The notes below the pieces were generated by a model. The model was not told the origin of the DNA. It was given only the letters and a program-made list of their open reading frames with translations, and ran no database searches. From a virus (Duplodnaviria; Caudoviricetes), in IMG/VR virus record IMGVR_UViG_3300042554_001750: a DNA stretch of 64,000 nucleotides; one strand, written 5' to 3'. A program made the position numbers and the translations under genes. Position 1 is the first letter of the stretch. Every line of letters begins with the position of its first letter. Below, piece after piece: positions 1 through 8,340 of this stretch.

Positions 1-582
1 GAAATTGATAATGAAGTCAAGAAAGGTGCCAAGAAAGGATACAAGGTAAGTATTCGTTGGCATGATGCTGGTGACTTCTTTAGTCCTGAGTATGTAGATA
101 TGGCATTTAATCTAGCAAAGAGTTTACCTAATGTAGACTTTTATGCTTACACAAAAGTTGCTGATGTTGCGTTAGGTGAGAAGCCCGACAACTTTATGAT
201 TAACTGGAGTGAAGGCGCAAGTGCTTCACAAGAGAAGAAGGTAAAGGGTAGTGATCCTAGTTTAGAAAAAACAAAGAACAGCAGAATTATTCCAAGCAAC
301 TTATTCTATGATTTATTAGTGAAGGACGAAAAGAAGAACTTGGTTAAGGGTCCTGAAGGCCAATGGCAAGTGATACCTGACAAGTTACCTGAACTAAAAC
401 AACGACTAGCAAAAGAATACGGACTAAGTCCAAATAGTATTCTTAGCTATAGTGAGTGGGAAAGTAAAGTCAAGGGTAAAGATAAATCACCATTGAAGTA
501 CAATGTGATTATTGCACCTGGCGAACCTGATTTAACTGCTAAGGATGCAGGAGTATTGAGTACATTGTTACTCAAGCATTAA
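1..582 (+). CDS. Gene product 88 (GP88)-like protein, 5'-truncated by window edge
   Basis: Frame 1 is open from base 1 (EIDNEVKKGAKKGYKVSIRWHDAGDFFSPEY...), upstream of the ORF-track Met at 100; the RWHDAGDF motif is typical of phage GP88-like proteins. Confidence 0.6.
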   Translation, partial: EIDNEVKKGAKKGYKVSIRWHDAGDFFSPEYVDMAFNLAKSLPNVDFYAYTKVADVALGEKPDNFMINWSEGASASQEKKVKGSDPSLEKTKNSRIIPSNLFYDLLVKDEKKNLVKGPEGQWQVIPDKLPELKQRLAKEYGLSPNSILSYSEWESKVKGKDKSPLKYNVIIAPGEPDLTAKDAGVLSTLLLKH

Positions 583-1402
583 TCTTAAGTAGTTCGTTGA
601 TAGTATACAAGTTACGCATATAGGGCGATACATCTTCTAATACACTTGAAGGTAAATCGCCCTTTCTTCTTGGGCCGTATTTTACTTCAAATTCATAGCC
701 ATTAATGTCTTGGAACATACAAGTCATTTCATAAACTGTTTTACCTACACCATGCCCTAATGATTCAACACTATTGCTAGGCTTATCAATTGCTGTTTTT
801 AATGCATCACAAATTTCCATGACATGGACATAATCACGCAGACATGTGCCATCTTTGGTATCATAATCATTGCCGAATATTGTGAACTCACCAGTCTTAA
901 CTGCTCTCATTAAATTGAGCATTAATCCGTCTGGATTTGTGGGAGGCACAACTGTGCTACCTATCACATTATAAAATCTAAAAATGCTATAATCTTTTTT
1001 GTTGTGTTGTGTGCAGTATTCACGGACTACATCTTCTGCGGCTCTTTTGCTAATACCATATGCACTAGCACAACCTTCGGCAGCGCCAGTACTGGCAAAA
1101 ATAAAATTCTTTGTTTTTATTTTATTCACAACATTCATTGTGCCGTTCAAATTAGTGATATAATATTGAATAGGCATCTTCTCACTTTCGCTTACATTAA
1201 CCTTTGCCGCTAAATGAATAACACAATCAAATTCTTCTTCTAAATTGAATTGACGGTTTATATCACAATGGTAAAAAGTATGCGGGTCAACTTGCGGATA
1301 GTTAATATCTAATCCATGAACCTCGTATTCATCTTTTAACAAATGTGTTAAATGTGATCCAATGTATCCTGAACTACCAGTGATTAAAACTTTCTTTACC
1401 AT
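572..1402 (-). CDS. galE: NAD-dependent epimerase/dehydratase (UDP-glucose 4-epimerase-like)
   Basis: TGSSGYIG Rossmann motif, HLAA, YxxSK (YGISK), FRFYNV, RDYVHV. Confidence 0.85.
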   Translation of the reverse strand: MVKKVLITGSSGYIGSHLTHLLKDEYEVHGLDINYPQVDPHTFYHCDINRQFNLEEEFDCVIHLAAKVNVSESEKMPIQYYITNLNGTMNVVNKIKTKNFIFASTGAAEGCASAYGISKRAAEDVVREYCTQHNKKDYSIFRFYNVIGSTVVPPTNPDGLMLNLMRAVKTGEFTIFGNDYDTKDGTCLRDYVHVMEICDALKTAIDKPSNSVESLGHGVGKTVYEMTCMFQDINGYEFEVKYGPRRKGDLPSSVLEDVSPYMRNLYTINELLKINA

Positions 1403-2724
1403 GCGAATAATTCCTCTTTATCTTCTGTGGGTATAAAATTAGGATCTTTTGTTAGATATGTATCTTCATCTGTATAGATTACACGAAACTTATGTTTATT
1501 CGTCAACACACTACGAATATCATCAATGCAAATTACTTTTCGTCCCAAACTTGCGATATAATCTTTTAGTTTTACAGTGGTCTCGTTGCAAATCTTTGCC
1601 GTATTATTATTAGATTGTTTTGTTTTAAAATCATTAAAACATTCATTCCATTTATGAAATACTGTATTTTCTATACTACCTGCATGACTCAAAACACCTT
1701 TATTATACCAATTTTCAGCAGTAGCAAACATATGATATGCATTTAATATATCTGTTGCCATATTCTTTTTATTTGTTTCAAAAAAGTAACGGCTGTCAAA
1801 GTTTTTTGTCCATCGTTGATCACTTAGGCAGAATGTGGGCAATTGTATGTGCTGTTCATAAAATGCCATACCATAGCTTTCAACTGTGCTAGGATTAAAT
1901 GCAACTCTTGCGCTTGTAATAAAATCTACTTTTTCTTTACCAACAATACTAGAATGAATGTCATACTTGACACCTAACTTAGATAAACGGTCCTCAAATT
2001 TTTTGACACCATTGGGGCTAGTCATTACTTTAGCAGGAAGTTTAGTCTGCTCAATCAAGTCAATAAACAATTCAGGATTTTTACCTTCTTCCCAGCGACC
2101 AACAAACAATACTCCCTCTCTAGGCGTGTGATGTTCTTCTAAAAGTCCACGCTCTGTGATAGGTATAGGAAGATGATATACTGTATCGCTGATGTTTAGT
2201 TGATTAAATTTGCTTTGTGTGCCAACATATATACCCGATGTTTCTAGCTGCTGTCGCATTAATTCATTTGTATTATGTAAAAATGGATTTTTAGTATCTT
2301 TGAAAATTTGACTTTCAAGATGTGTATAGGCAATAATCTGAATTACATCTTCAAGTCCCATTGTACTTGCAACCTGAACTGTCTCATATGTGTTACAAAT
2401 AAACGCATCATATAGATTATGCTCTAATGCTTCTATGATAGCATTTCTAAAGTTCGCCATTCTTTCATAGCAAAATGTATCACCATACATAAAGATATTG
2501 CTATGGTCTGTATAACGCAATGATTCTAGTGGTGCAATAACATTTGCTTTTAAAGATTTTACAAACTCGTTGTCTTGTGGCTCTTTGTCGGTGATAATAT
2601 CAACTTTGATATTACGACTATCCATTAACTCACAGAAGCTTTTAGCAAATTGTCCTATACCACCGTGAGGTATTAGTGTTTGATAACTAACTAAAAAACC
2701 AATTCTTTTATCGTATGTTCTCAT
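1396..2724 (-). CDS. GT-B glycosyltransferase (GT4-like)
   Basis: GGIG N-terminal motif, FVGRWEEGKNP, ESYGMAFYE (E-x7-E); start moved to 2724 because of the ATGA overlap with the upstream stop. Confidence 0.8.
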   Translation of the reverse strand: MRTYDKRIGFLVSYQTLIPHGGIGQFAKSFCELMDSRNIKVDIITDKEPQDNEFVKSLKANVIAPLESLRYTDHSNIFMYGDTFCYERMANFRNAIIEALEHNLYDAFICNTYETVQVASTMGLEDVIQIIAYTHLESQIFKDTKNPFLHNTNELMRQQLETSGIYVGTQSKFNQLNISDTVYHLPIPITERGLLEEHHTPREGVLFVGRWEEGKNPELFIDLIEQTKLPAKVMTSPNGVKKFEDRLSKLGVKYDIHSSIVGKEKVDFITSARVAFNPSTVESYGMAFYEQHIQLPTFCLSDQRWTKNFDSRYFFETNKKNMATDILNAYHMFATAENWYNKGVLSHAGSIENTVFHKWNECFNDFKTKQSNNNTAKICNETTVKLKDYIASLGRKVICIDDIRSVLTNKHKFRVIYTDEDTYLTKDPNFIPTEDKEELFAW

Positions 2725-2954
2725 TTCTTTAATTGCCAGATTAAAAATTCTTCTTTGCTGATCCAATATTTTTGTACGATCGGGTCACCGGGCCCGGTAA
2801 TCCAATTTTCGCCATAGTAGGCAATTTTACCCCAAAGTGGTTTTTCAGATAAAAAACATTTTTTTGGAATCCAACAGAGTTTTAATTTCCAACCTCTGGT
2901 TCTGTTTAATCCCCAATCTTCTGAAAGAGGCGCCTGCTGGGCATCTCCGTACAT
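2721..2954 (-). CDS. Hypothetical protein, 77 aa
   Basis: Fills the gap between queE and the GT gene, with an ATGA overlap. Confidence 0.65.
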   Translation of the reverse strand: MYGDAQQAPLSEDWGLNRTRGWKLKLCWIPKKCFLSEKPLWGKIAYYGENWITGPGDPIVQKYWISKEEFLIWQLKK

Positions 2955-2957
2955 TAA

Positions 2958-3809
2958 TCAGGTACCCCATTCATTCTTAAACAGTGGCACTTGAAGTCTA
3001 TCACTATAACGCCAACCGTTGTTCATAGCTTCAATAGCAACATTCTTAGCATTAAGAGTATACACTGGTTCTACCCCGCCACAAGGCATCAGGTAAACAG
3101 GACCTGTGAAGCCAGCTTTACGATATAAGTTTACTGCTTCTTTTGCTTCTTCTACATCTTCTTTAGTTGCTACCACAAACTTCAAATAAGTGAAACCATA
3201 TTCATCATATTGAGCAACAACATCAGGCTTTATAGCTTCATCCCATTTTTCACCTGAAATACTTAGTTTAGGACTAACACTAAATGTTACGCTAAAATAA
3301 CCTTTATCATGATGCCATTCACGATGCAACCATTGTCTAAATTCTTTAGTTAATTCTTGAGTGCCATTTGTCTCAAAGGTTAGTTCCTTCAATGGTCTCA
3401 TTTTTTCGTGCGAAAGTAATTCAGGATACGATCTTTGCCATCCAAGCAGAGGTTCACCCCCTGTGATAACCAAGTGCTCATCTTGCCAAGACCGTCCAGG
3501 AAGTAAATCAATAATACTACTAACAATAGTATCGGTATTGAGCACAGGACTAAGATGTTTGAAACGAGGGTCCCAAGATGCATAACTATCACATCCAGTG
3601 CTGACAAGCGGAAGGGATTTATAATCTGTATAAGTTTCTGCATTAATCGCAATTATATCTCTTTCTGTACTTAATTGACCTTTTGGCATGCCGAACCCGC
3701 CGCATGTAAAATTGCATCCAAAAGTTCTTAGGAAGACACTAGGTACACCCATGTATCTACCTTCTCCCTGTATTGAATAAAACAACTCTGATATTTTTAA
3801 ATGGCTCAT
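2958..3809 (-). CDS. queE: 7-carboxy-7-deazaguanine synthase (radical SAM)
   Basis: ELFYSIQGEG, FLRTFGCNFTC...CDS (extended radical SAM Cys motif), ITGGEP, FETNGT, VSPKL, RLQV; start 3809 overlaps the dadA stop (ATGA). Confidence 0.93.
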   Translation of the reverse strand: MSHLKISELFYSIQGEGRYMGVPSVFLRTFGCNFTCGGFGMPKGQLSTERDIIAINAETYTDYKSLPLVSTGCDSYASWDPRFKHLSPVLNTDTIVSSIIDLLPGRSWQDEHLVITGGEPLLGWQRSYPELLSHEKMRPLKELTFETNGTQELTKEFRQWLHREWHHDKGYFSVTFSVSPKLSISGEKWDEAIKPDVVAQYDEYGFTYLKFVVATKEDVEEAKEAVNLYRKAGFTGPVYLMPCGGVEPVYTLNAKNVAIEAMNNGWRYSDRLQVPLFKNEWGT

Positions 3810-4975
3810 ATTTGTTCCGAAATTAATTTTGCTGTGTATGGAGCTAATGTCCAACCTAGATGTCCGTGACCTGTATTATAAAATACATTTTTACATTTGT
3901 CACTTTTTTTGGTAATAGGCATCATATTCGGAGTCATTGGTCGCAAACATGCCCATTGTGTATAATCATGCGTGTTAATACGGGGAAAGTTTGTATGCAC
4001 CCATCGCAATAGTGGTTCAACTCTGTCCCTGCGAATATCATAGTTTTCACCTGTTAGTTCAGCAGTGCCAGCAACACGGAACCTATTACCTAAACTTGAA
4101 GTTACAATTTTGGCTTTATCATCAAGTAAACTAACTTTGGGCAATAAAGATGAATCTACATTATTGATAGTAATACTATAGCCCTTGACAGGATAGATCG
4201 GTAATTTATCACCCAAGCTTTCAGCTATGTCAACACTGCCTACTCCAGCACATATGACAACACAATCAGAATGATCCATTAGATACTCAATATCTGCTTC
4301 GTCGTTATAGTAAAACTTTACACGATATTTTTTCTCTAAGACTTTTGCTAACTGATAGCAAAATTTATGTATGTCACCTGTCCAATCGCTAGGAGTCCAA
4401 GCAGCACCAACCACACCTTTAATATCTTTTAAAGATGGATCTAGTGCTATTGTTTGTGCAGGTGTTAGTATATCCCACTCAACGTTGTTATTATTGTAAA
4501 GTTCTTTTGCAACTTTAGCAGAGTCAAAATACTTTTCATCTTTATAAAAGTGAAGTATGCCACAATCACTACGGTCAAACTCTAACTGTTCCTGGTTGCA
4601 AATTTCGTCATACAATTTTCTTGACTCTAAGCCCATGGCTATGGTTTTTTCAGTATTTGTTTTATACTGATTGGTCATAGTGTTGTAAAGAAATTTACTC
4701 ATCCAACTCCATTGCTTAAAGTCAAGCCGAGGACGAATAAGTAACGGGGCATCTTGGGTAAACATCCATTTAATGCCCTTCTTAACATTGCTCCATGTTG
4801 TCCATACTTCACTATTACTAACAGAGACTTGACCCCCATTAGCAAAACTAGTACGCATGGCAGGGTGAGGTTCCTGTTCAAATACAGAAACTTTATGTCC
4901 TGCTTTGGCTAAATAGTAAGCTGTCGTAATACCAGCGATACCTGCACCAATAACTGCTACATGTTTTTTATTCAT
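3806..4975 (-). CDS. dadA: D-amino acid dehydrogenase-like FAD oxidoreductase
   Basis: VIGAGIAG, TSFANGGQ, PVKGYSIT, WACLRPMTP, NTGHGHLGWT; start MNKKH at 4975. Confidence 0.88.
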   Translation of the reverse strand: MNKKHVAVIGAGIAGITTAYYLAKAGHKVSVFEQEPHPAMRTSFANGGQVSVSNSEVWTTWSNVKKGIKWMFTQDAPLLIRPRLDFKQWSWMSKFLYNTMTNQYKTNTEKTIAMGLESRKLYDEICNQEQLEFDRSDCGILHFYKDEKYFDSAKVAKELYNNNNVEWDILTPAQTIALDPSLKDIKGVVGAAWTPSDWTGDIHKFCYQLAKVLEKKYRVKFYYNDEADIEYLMDHSDCVVICAGVGSVDIAESLGDKLPIYPVKGYSITINNVDSSLLPKVSLLDDKAKIVTSSLGNRFRVAGTAELTGENYDIRRDRVEPLLRWVHTNFPRINTHDYTQWACLRPMTPNMMPITKKSDKCKNVFYNTGHGHLGWTLAPYTAKLISEQI

Positions 4976-5615
4976 GTTTATTCTCATAATTAAAAGAGTT
5001 ATTATCACCTAAAAACCATTTAGGATTGGTTTCAACAACATACTTTTTAGTACAAACCTTAAAATCAGGGAATAATAGTTCTTTAGGATTGCTAGCAGCA
5101 TCAAAAAATATACATCTATTATTTGGTTGTGCAGCGTACTGTCCATTATCTAGTTCAATAAAATTGAAACTTTTATGATCCTCAGGCCATTCAGCATAAC
5201 TAGTATCAATAATGTTCAAATCAGGAGCACTATGATCTACGGTAAAAAGATAATTGCCCTGATAGAAATTTTTATCTTTGGCATAAAATTTACAACTCAA
5301 ATTTCTTAGAAATGCCTTTTGCATGATTGTAAAATCATAACTAAAACAATCCCAAATTTGCAATGTATCAAGGCTTAAAAATTTGGCAGGATCTAAATCT
5401 TTATTTCTACTTACAAAAGCATGAAGTGGCAACTTATCGTATAGAGCACCATATCTTGGTAGATAAGCCTCTATACGAAAAGCCTGGCTGCGTAAACTTT
5501 TGATACTCACCCAAATACAAGGTTCATACTCATCATGACCTTTTGTAAAGTCATATAAGAATTCTCTGCGTACAAAACAATGTACTGGTGGTATGTTTGC
5601 GACTAAGTGTGCCAT
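4968..5615 (-). CDS. Hypothetical phage protein, 215 aa
   Basis: Long ORF abutting the queD stop and overlapping the dadA start. Confidence 0.8.
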   Translation of the reverse strand: MAHLVANIPPVHCFVRREFLYDFTKGHDEYEPCIWVSIKSLRSQAFRIEAYLPRYGALYDKLPLHAFVSRNKDLDPAKFLSLDTLQIWDCFSYDFTIMQKAFLRNLSCKFYAKDKNFYQGNYLFTVDHSAPDLNIIDTSYAEWPEDHKSFNFIELDNGQYAAQPNNRCIFFDAASNPKELLFPDFKVCTKKYVVETNPKWFLGDNNSFNYENKHE

Positions 5616-6116
5616 TTAATTGAATAAGTCCTCGTTCCATTCACGGTGACCTTCACGAAAGGCCATGTTTGCTTGTGTCTCTCTAACTTCTACACGGTAG
5701 CACCATAGGCGTTCGCTTTCTCCCGGTCCCCACATGTCAGGAATGTAGACACCATTAACATACTTGTAAAGCATGTCGGCTAGACCTTCACAGCCTAAGC
5801 GTGGAAGTATAGTTAGTTTAGCCATCTTTTTTTCTTGCAACATTTTAAATGTTTCAAGTTCTGGATCATCTTGCGCTACAAGCAATGTATGGTCAAACTG
5901 ATCTTCTAGAATTTTCTTAAGTTCTTTCAATCCACCGTAATCAGCAGCCCAATTGCGAACATCAAGATTATTAGTACCAAAATAAAATTTCATACTAAAA
6001 CTATATCCATGTATCATATTGCAATGACTGTCAGCACGCCATTGACGATACGCACAGGGAAATGCGTCATGGTATTCTTTAGTACTTGTATATTTGTATG
6101 TAATTGGATTATGCAT
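5616..6116 (-). CDS. queD: 6-carboxy-5,6,7,8-tetrahydropterin synthase
   Basis: CxxxHGYS motif (SHCNMIHGYSF), DYGGLK, FDHTLL, CEGLA, EVRET; SD AGGAG 5 nt upstream. Confidence 0.9.
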   Translation of the reverse strand: MHNPITYKYTSTKEYHDAFPCAYRQWRADSHCNMIHGYSFSMKFYFGTNNLDVRNWAADYGGLKELKKILEDQFDHTLLVAQDDPELETFKMLQEKKMAKLTILPRLGCEGLADMLYKYVNGVYIPDMWGPGESERLWCYRVEVRETQANMAFREGHREWNEDLFN

Positions 6117-6187
6117 ATTTTCTCCTATGTTAATTTTAGCATAGGCAGCGGAATTTTTAAAGCGGGACGATGCTGAGACCGCTATAC
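6117..6187 (-). promoter_or_regulatory. Candidate cis-regulatory RNA (pseudoknot versus anti-SD hairpin) in the queD leader
   Basis: AGCGG/CCGCU stem; loop AGCAU complementary to downstream AUGCU; competing CCUAUG/CAUAGG hairpin covering the SD. Confidence 0.5.
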
Positions 6188-6655
6188 TTATTTACCATTT
6201 TTATTTAGTTCTGTCTCAGCAACTCGTTTACGCAAACTACTTGAACTAAAACTATGATCACGACCGTTGAATACTAATTGTATTCCACGTTTCTCGCAAA
6301 TGGCACGACCAGTAAAATCTTTCTCCATGTACTCAACACCGAGTATACGCACATCAACGGGCAATGTCAAGAGGATATCTTCTAAGTCTTTTTCCGTATT
6401 GTAGACAACTATTTCATCTACAAAGCGGCAAGCACTTAATGTAATTTGGCGCTCTACAATACTTTGTATGGGAGCATTCTTTTCAGGACGATCCCAACTA
6501 GCATTGTTTTGTAATCCACAAATAAGATAGTCACAGTGATTTTTAGCCTCACTTAGCATTGCGACATGTCCGGCATGCAGTAAATCAAATTGGCTAAAAG
6601 TTATACCAATTCGTAAGCCTTGAGCTTTTAATTCTTTAATTCTGTTGAAGATCAT
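6188..6655 (-). CDS. Cytidylyltransferase (TagD/glycerol-3-phosphate cytidylyltransferase-like)
   Basis: FDLLHAGHV (HxGH), VDEI, RDHSFSSSSLR; start 6655 from ATGA overlap. Confidence 0.85.
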   Translation of the reverse strand: MIFNRIKELKAQGLRIGITFSQFDLLHAGHVAMLSEAKNHCDYLICGLQNNASWDRPEKNAPIQSIVERQITLSACRFVDEIVVYNTEKDLEDILLTLPVDVRILGVEYMEKDFTGRAICEKRGIQLVFNGRDHSFSSSSLRKRVAETELNKNGK

Positions 6656-6888
6656 TCTTGCAATCTTCTCCACATGATCTTTTGTTCATGTTCTTTTAAG
6701 AATTCATCCTCTCCTGCAAATTCGGGAGAATCTTTTAGTATTGAATCCACTAACCATTTAATTCTATAAAGGTCCTGTTTTAAGTAAAACGCAGTATAAC
6801 CATCGTTATATGAACTGTTAACTTCTACACCGGTCATATAGATTTGATGATGTACGCTAGTGTAGTCCATTGGTTTCTTAAAGCCCAT
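6652..6888 (-). CDS. Hypothetical protein, 78 aa
   Basis: Overlapping start/stop with both neighbours. Confidence 0.7.
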   Translation of the reverse strand: MGFKKPMDYTSVHHQIYMTGVEVNSSYNDGYTAFYLKQDLYRIKWLVDSILKDSPEFAGEDEFLKEHEQKIMWRRLQE

Positions 6889-7148
6889 TATACTAACTCC
6901 TCTAAGATTCCCAATAACTCAGCACCGATCAAAAAGAATCCTGCTACAAAAAATACACCACCTCCTTGAAGTAGTGCAACACCGGCGACAATTCTAAGAG
7001 CACTCTTTACAAGGCTAACATAAAAATGTCCTTTGCTGGGATCCTTGGGTTGTATATTAATCATAGGTGGATGATGAGGACAGCGTCCTTGTTGAAAATC
7101 ACAATCAGGGCTATAATCTTTTTTACAGATATCGCACTTCATCTGCAA
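6888..7148 (-). CDS. Small membrane protein with N-terminal CxxC/Cys cluster
   Basis: CDICKKDYSPDC...C followed by a hydrophobic C-terminal hairpin. Confidence 0.65.
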   Translation of the reverse strand: MQMKCDICKKDYSPDCDFQQGRCPHHPPMINIQPKDPSKGHFYVSLVKSALRIVAGVALLQGGGVFFVAGFFLIGAELLGILEELV

Positions 7149-7819
7149 CCCTTAGTTGCAATGTTTAAAAACTCTTGTCTAGCAGCAGGATCATTTTTGA
7201 AACCTCCACCGAGACGGCTAGTGACAGTTGAACTACCTGTATCCTCAACACCGCGACTCTTAACACAATAATGCTGTGCGTCAATCATAACCGCAACATC
7301 TTCTGTATCTAAGATAAACTGTAGTGTGTGGAAAATCTGTTCAGTTAACCGTTCTTGAATCTGCGGACGCTTGCTGAAATATTCTACAATCCGATTAATT
7401 TTAGATAGTCCAAGCACTTTATCCTTAGGCACATATGCAACAGTAGCGGTGCCATCAATGATAACAAAATGGTGCTCACAATTGCTTTGTACATTGACGT
7501 TCCTTTCAACGACCATTTCGTTGTACTTCATCTTGTTATCAACTGTAGTACACTTGGGGAATGCTTCATAATCAAGCCCCCAAAAGATTTCGTTTACATA
7601 CATCCGGGCAACACGTTTGGGTGTTTCTGCTAGACTGTCATCAGACAAATCTAATCCAAGCAATTCCATTATTTGCTTGAAATTAGTTTCAATGATTGAA
7701 ATCTTGGCTTTGCGATCAAGATCAACTTCCTTCATAGGAGTTTCAACACCCATTTTAACTAGATGTTCGTGAACTTTTAAACCAAGCTCAGGGTCTGTTT
7801 TTGTTTTATTGTAACTCAT
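7139..7819 (-). CDS. folE: GTP cyclohydrolase I
   Basis: TPKRVA, SNCEHH, GLSKINR, RPQIQERLT, HYCVKSRG. Confidence 0.95.
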   Translation of the reverse strand: MSYNKTKTDPELGLKVHEHLVKMGVETPMKEVDLDRKAKISIIETNFKQIMELLGLDLSDDSLAETPKRVARMYVNEIFWGLDYEAFPKCTTVDNKMKYNEMVVERNVNVQSNCEHHFVIIDGTATVAYVPKDKVLGLSKINRIVEYFSKRPQIQERLTEQIFHTLQFILDTEDVAVMIDAQHYCVKSRGVEDTGSSTVTSRLGGGFKNDPAARQEFLNIATKGCR

Positions 7820-7851
7820 AGAATCCTTCCTTACGCGGATATGAAATTGGA

Positions 7852-7879
7852 AAATGTGCTACCGTTGTGTAGCACATTT
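7852..7879 (-). terminator. 11-bp hairpin downstream of the Hc1-like gene
   Basis: AAATGTGCTAC-N6-GTAGCACATTT directly after the stop codon; U-tract weak. Confidence 0.55.
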
Positions 7880-7881
7880 AT

Positions 7882-8070
7882 TTATGCCTTAGCTTCTTTG
7901 CGGGCGTTTTTTGTTTCGGTAATTTCATTACGGCGAGCCTTGACAGCCTTCGCTAGTTCTGCCAATGCTTTACGGGCACGGGTGCCTGCAGCATTATTAC
8001 CTTTTTCAAACTTTTCATGTTCGGCTAAGTATGCTTCTAAGTGTGTATTAATATCATTGTGTGCGTTCAT
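7882..8070 (-). CDS. Histone H1-like (Hc1-type) small basic DNA-binding protein
   Basis: GNNAAGTRARKAL motif, basic C-terminus. Confidence 0.7.
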   Translation of the reverse strand: MNAHNDINTHLEAYLAEHEKFEKGNNAAGTRARKALAELAKAVKARRNEITETKNARKEAKA

Positions 8071-8333
8071 TTTGTTTCCTTTACTGTTTTCTTTTTTGTC
8101 TTTTTTACTGCTGTGACAGGAATAGTTGACTCATGTTTTAGTATAGCATTTCTAACTTCACTAAGCAATGCTTCATCATCCCATTCTAATTTAGTAGTAC
8201 CATCTTCGTATGTAGTTACTGTAAGATGTGTGCCCTTAACTACTTTGGGCCATGCTTCGCTATTTTTTGTTTTCTTTTCCTTTATAACACTGGCTGGTGT
8301 TGAATCAGCAGTGGTTTTCTTTTTTGTTGCCAT
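8067..8333 (-). CDS. Hypothetical Lys-rich protein
   Basis: SD present; overlaps the downstream start. Confidence 0.7.
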   Translation of the reverse strand: MATKKKTTADSTPASVIKEKKTKNSEAWPKVVKGTHLTVTTYEDGTTKLEWDDEALLSEVRNAILKHESTIPVTAVKKTKKKTVKETK

Positions 8334-8340
8334 TATCTCC

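Noticed and set aside
7820-7845. Possible preQ1-type riboswitch in the folE leader (CAUAUCCGCGUAAGGAAGGAU)
   Set aside because: Only a 4-bp AUCC/GGAU stem, with no preQ1 consensus or A-rich tail; too weak to call.
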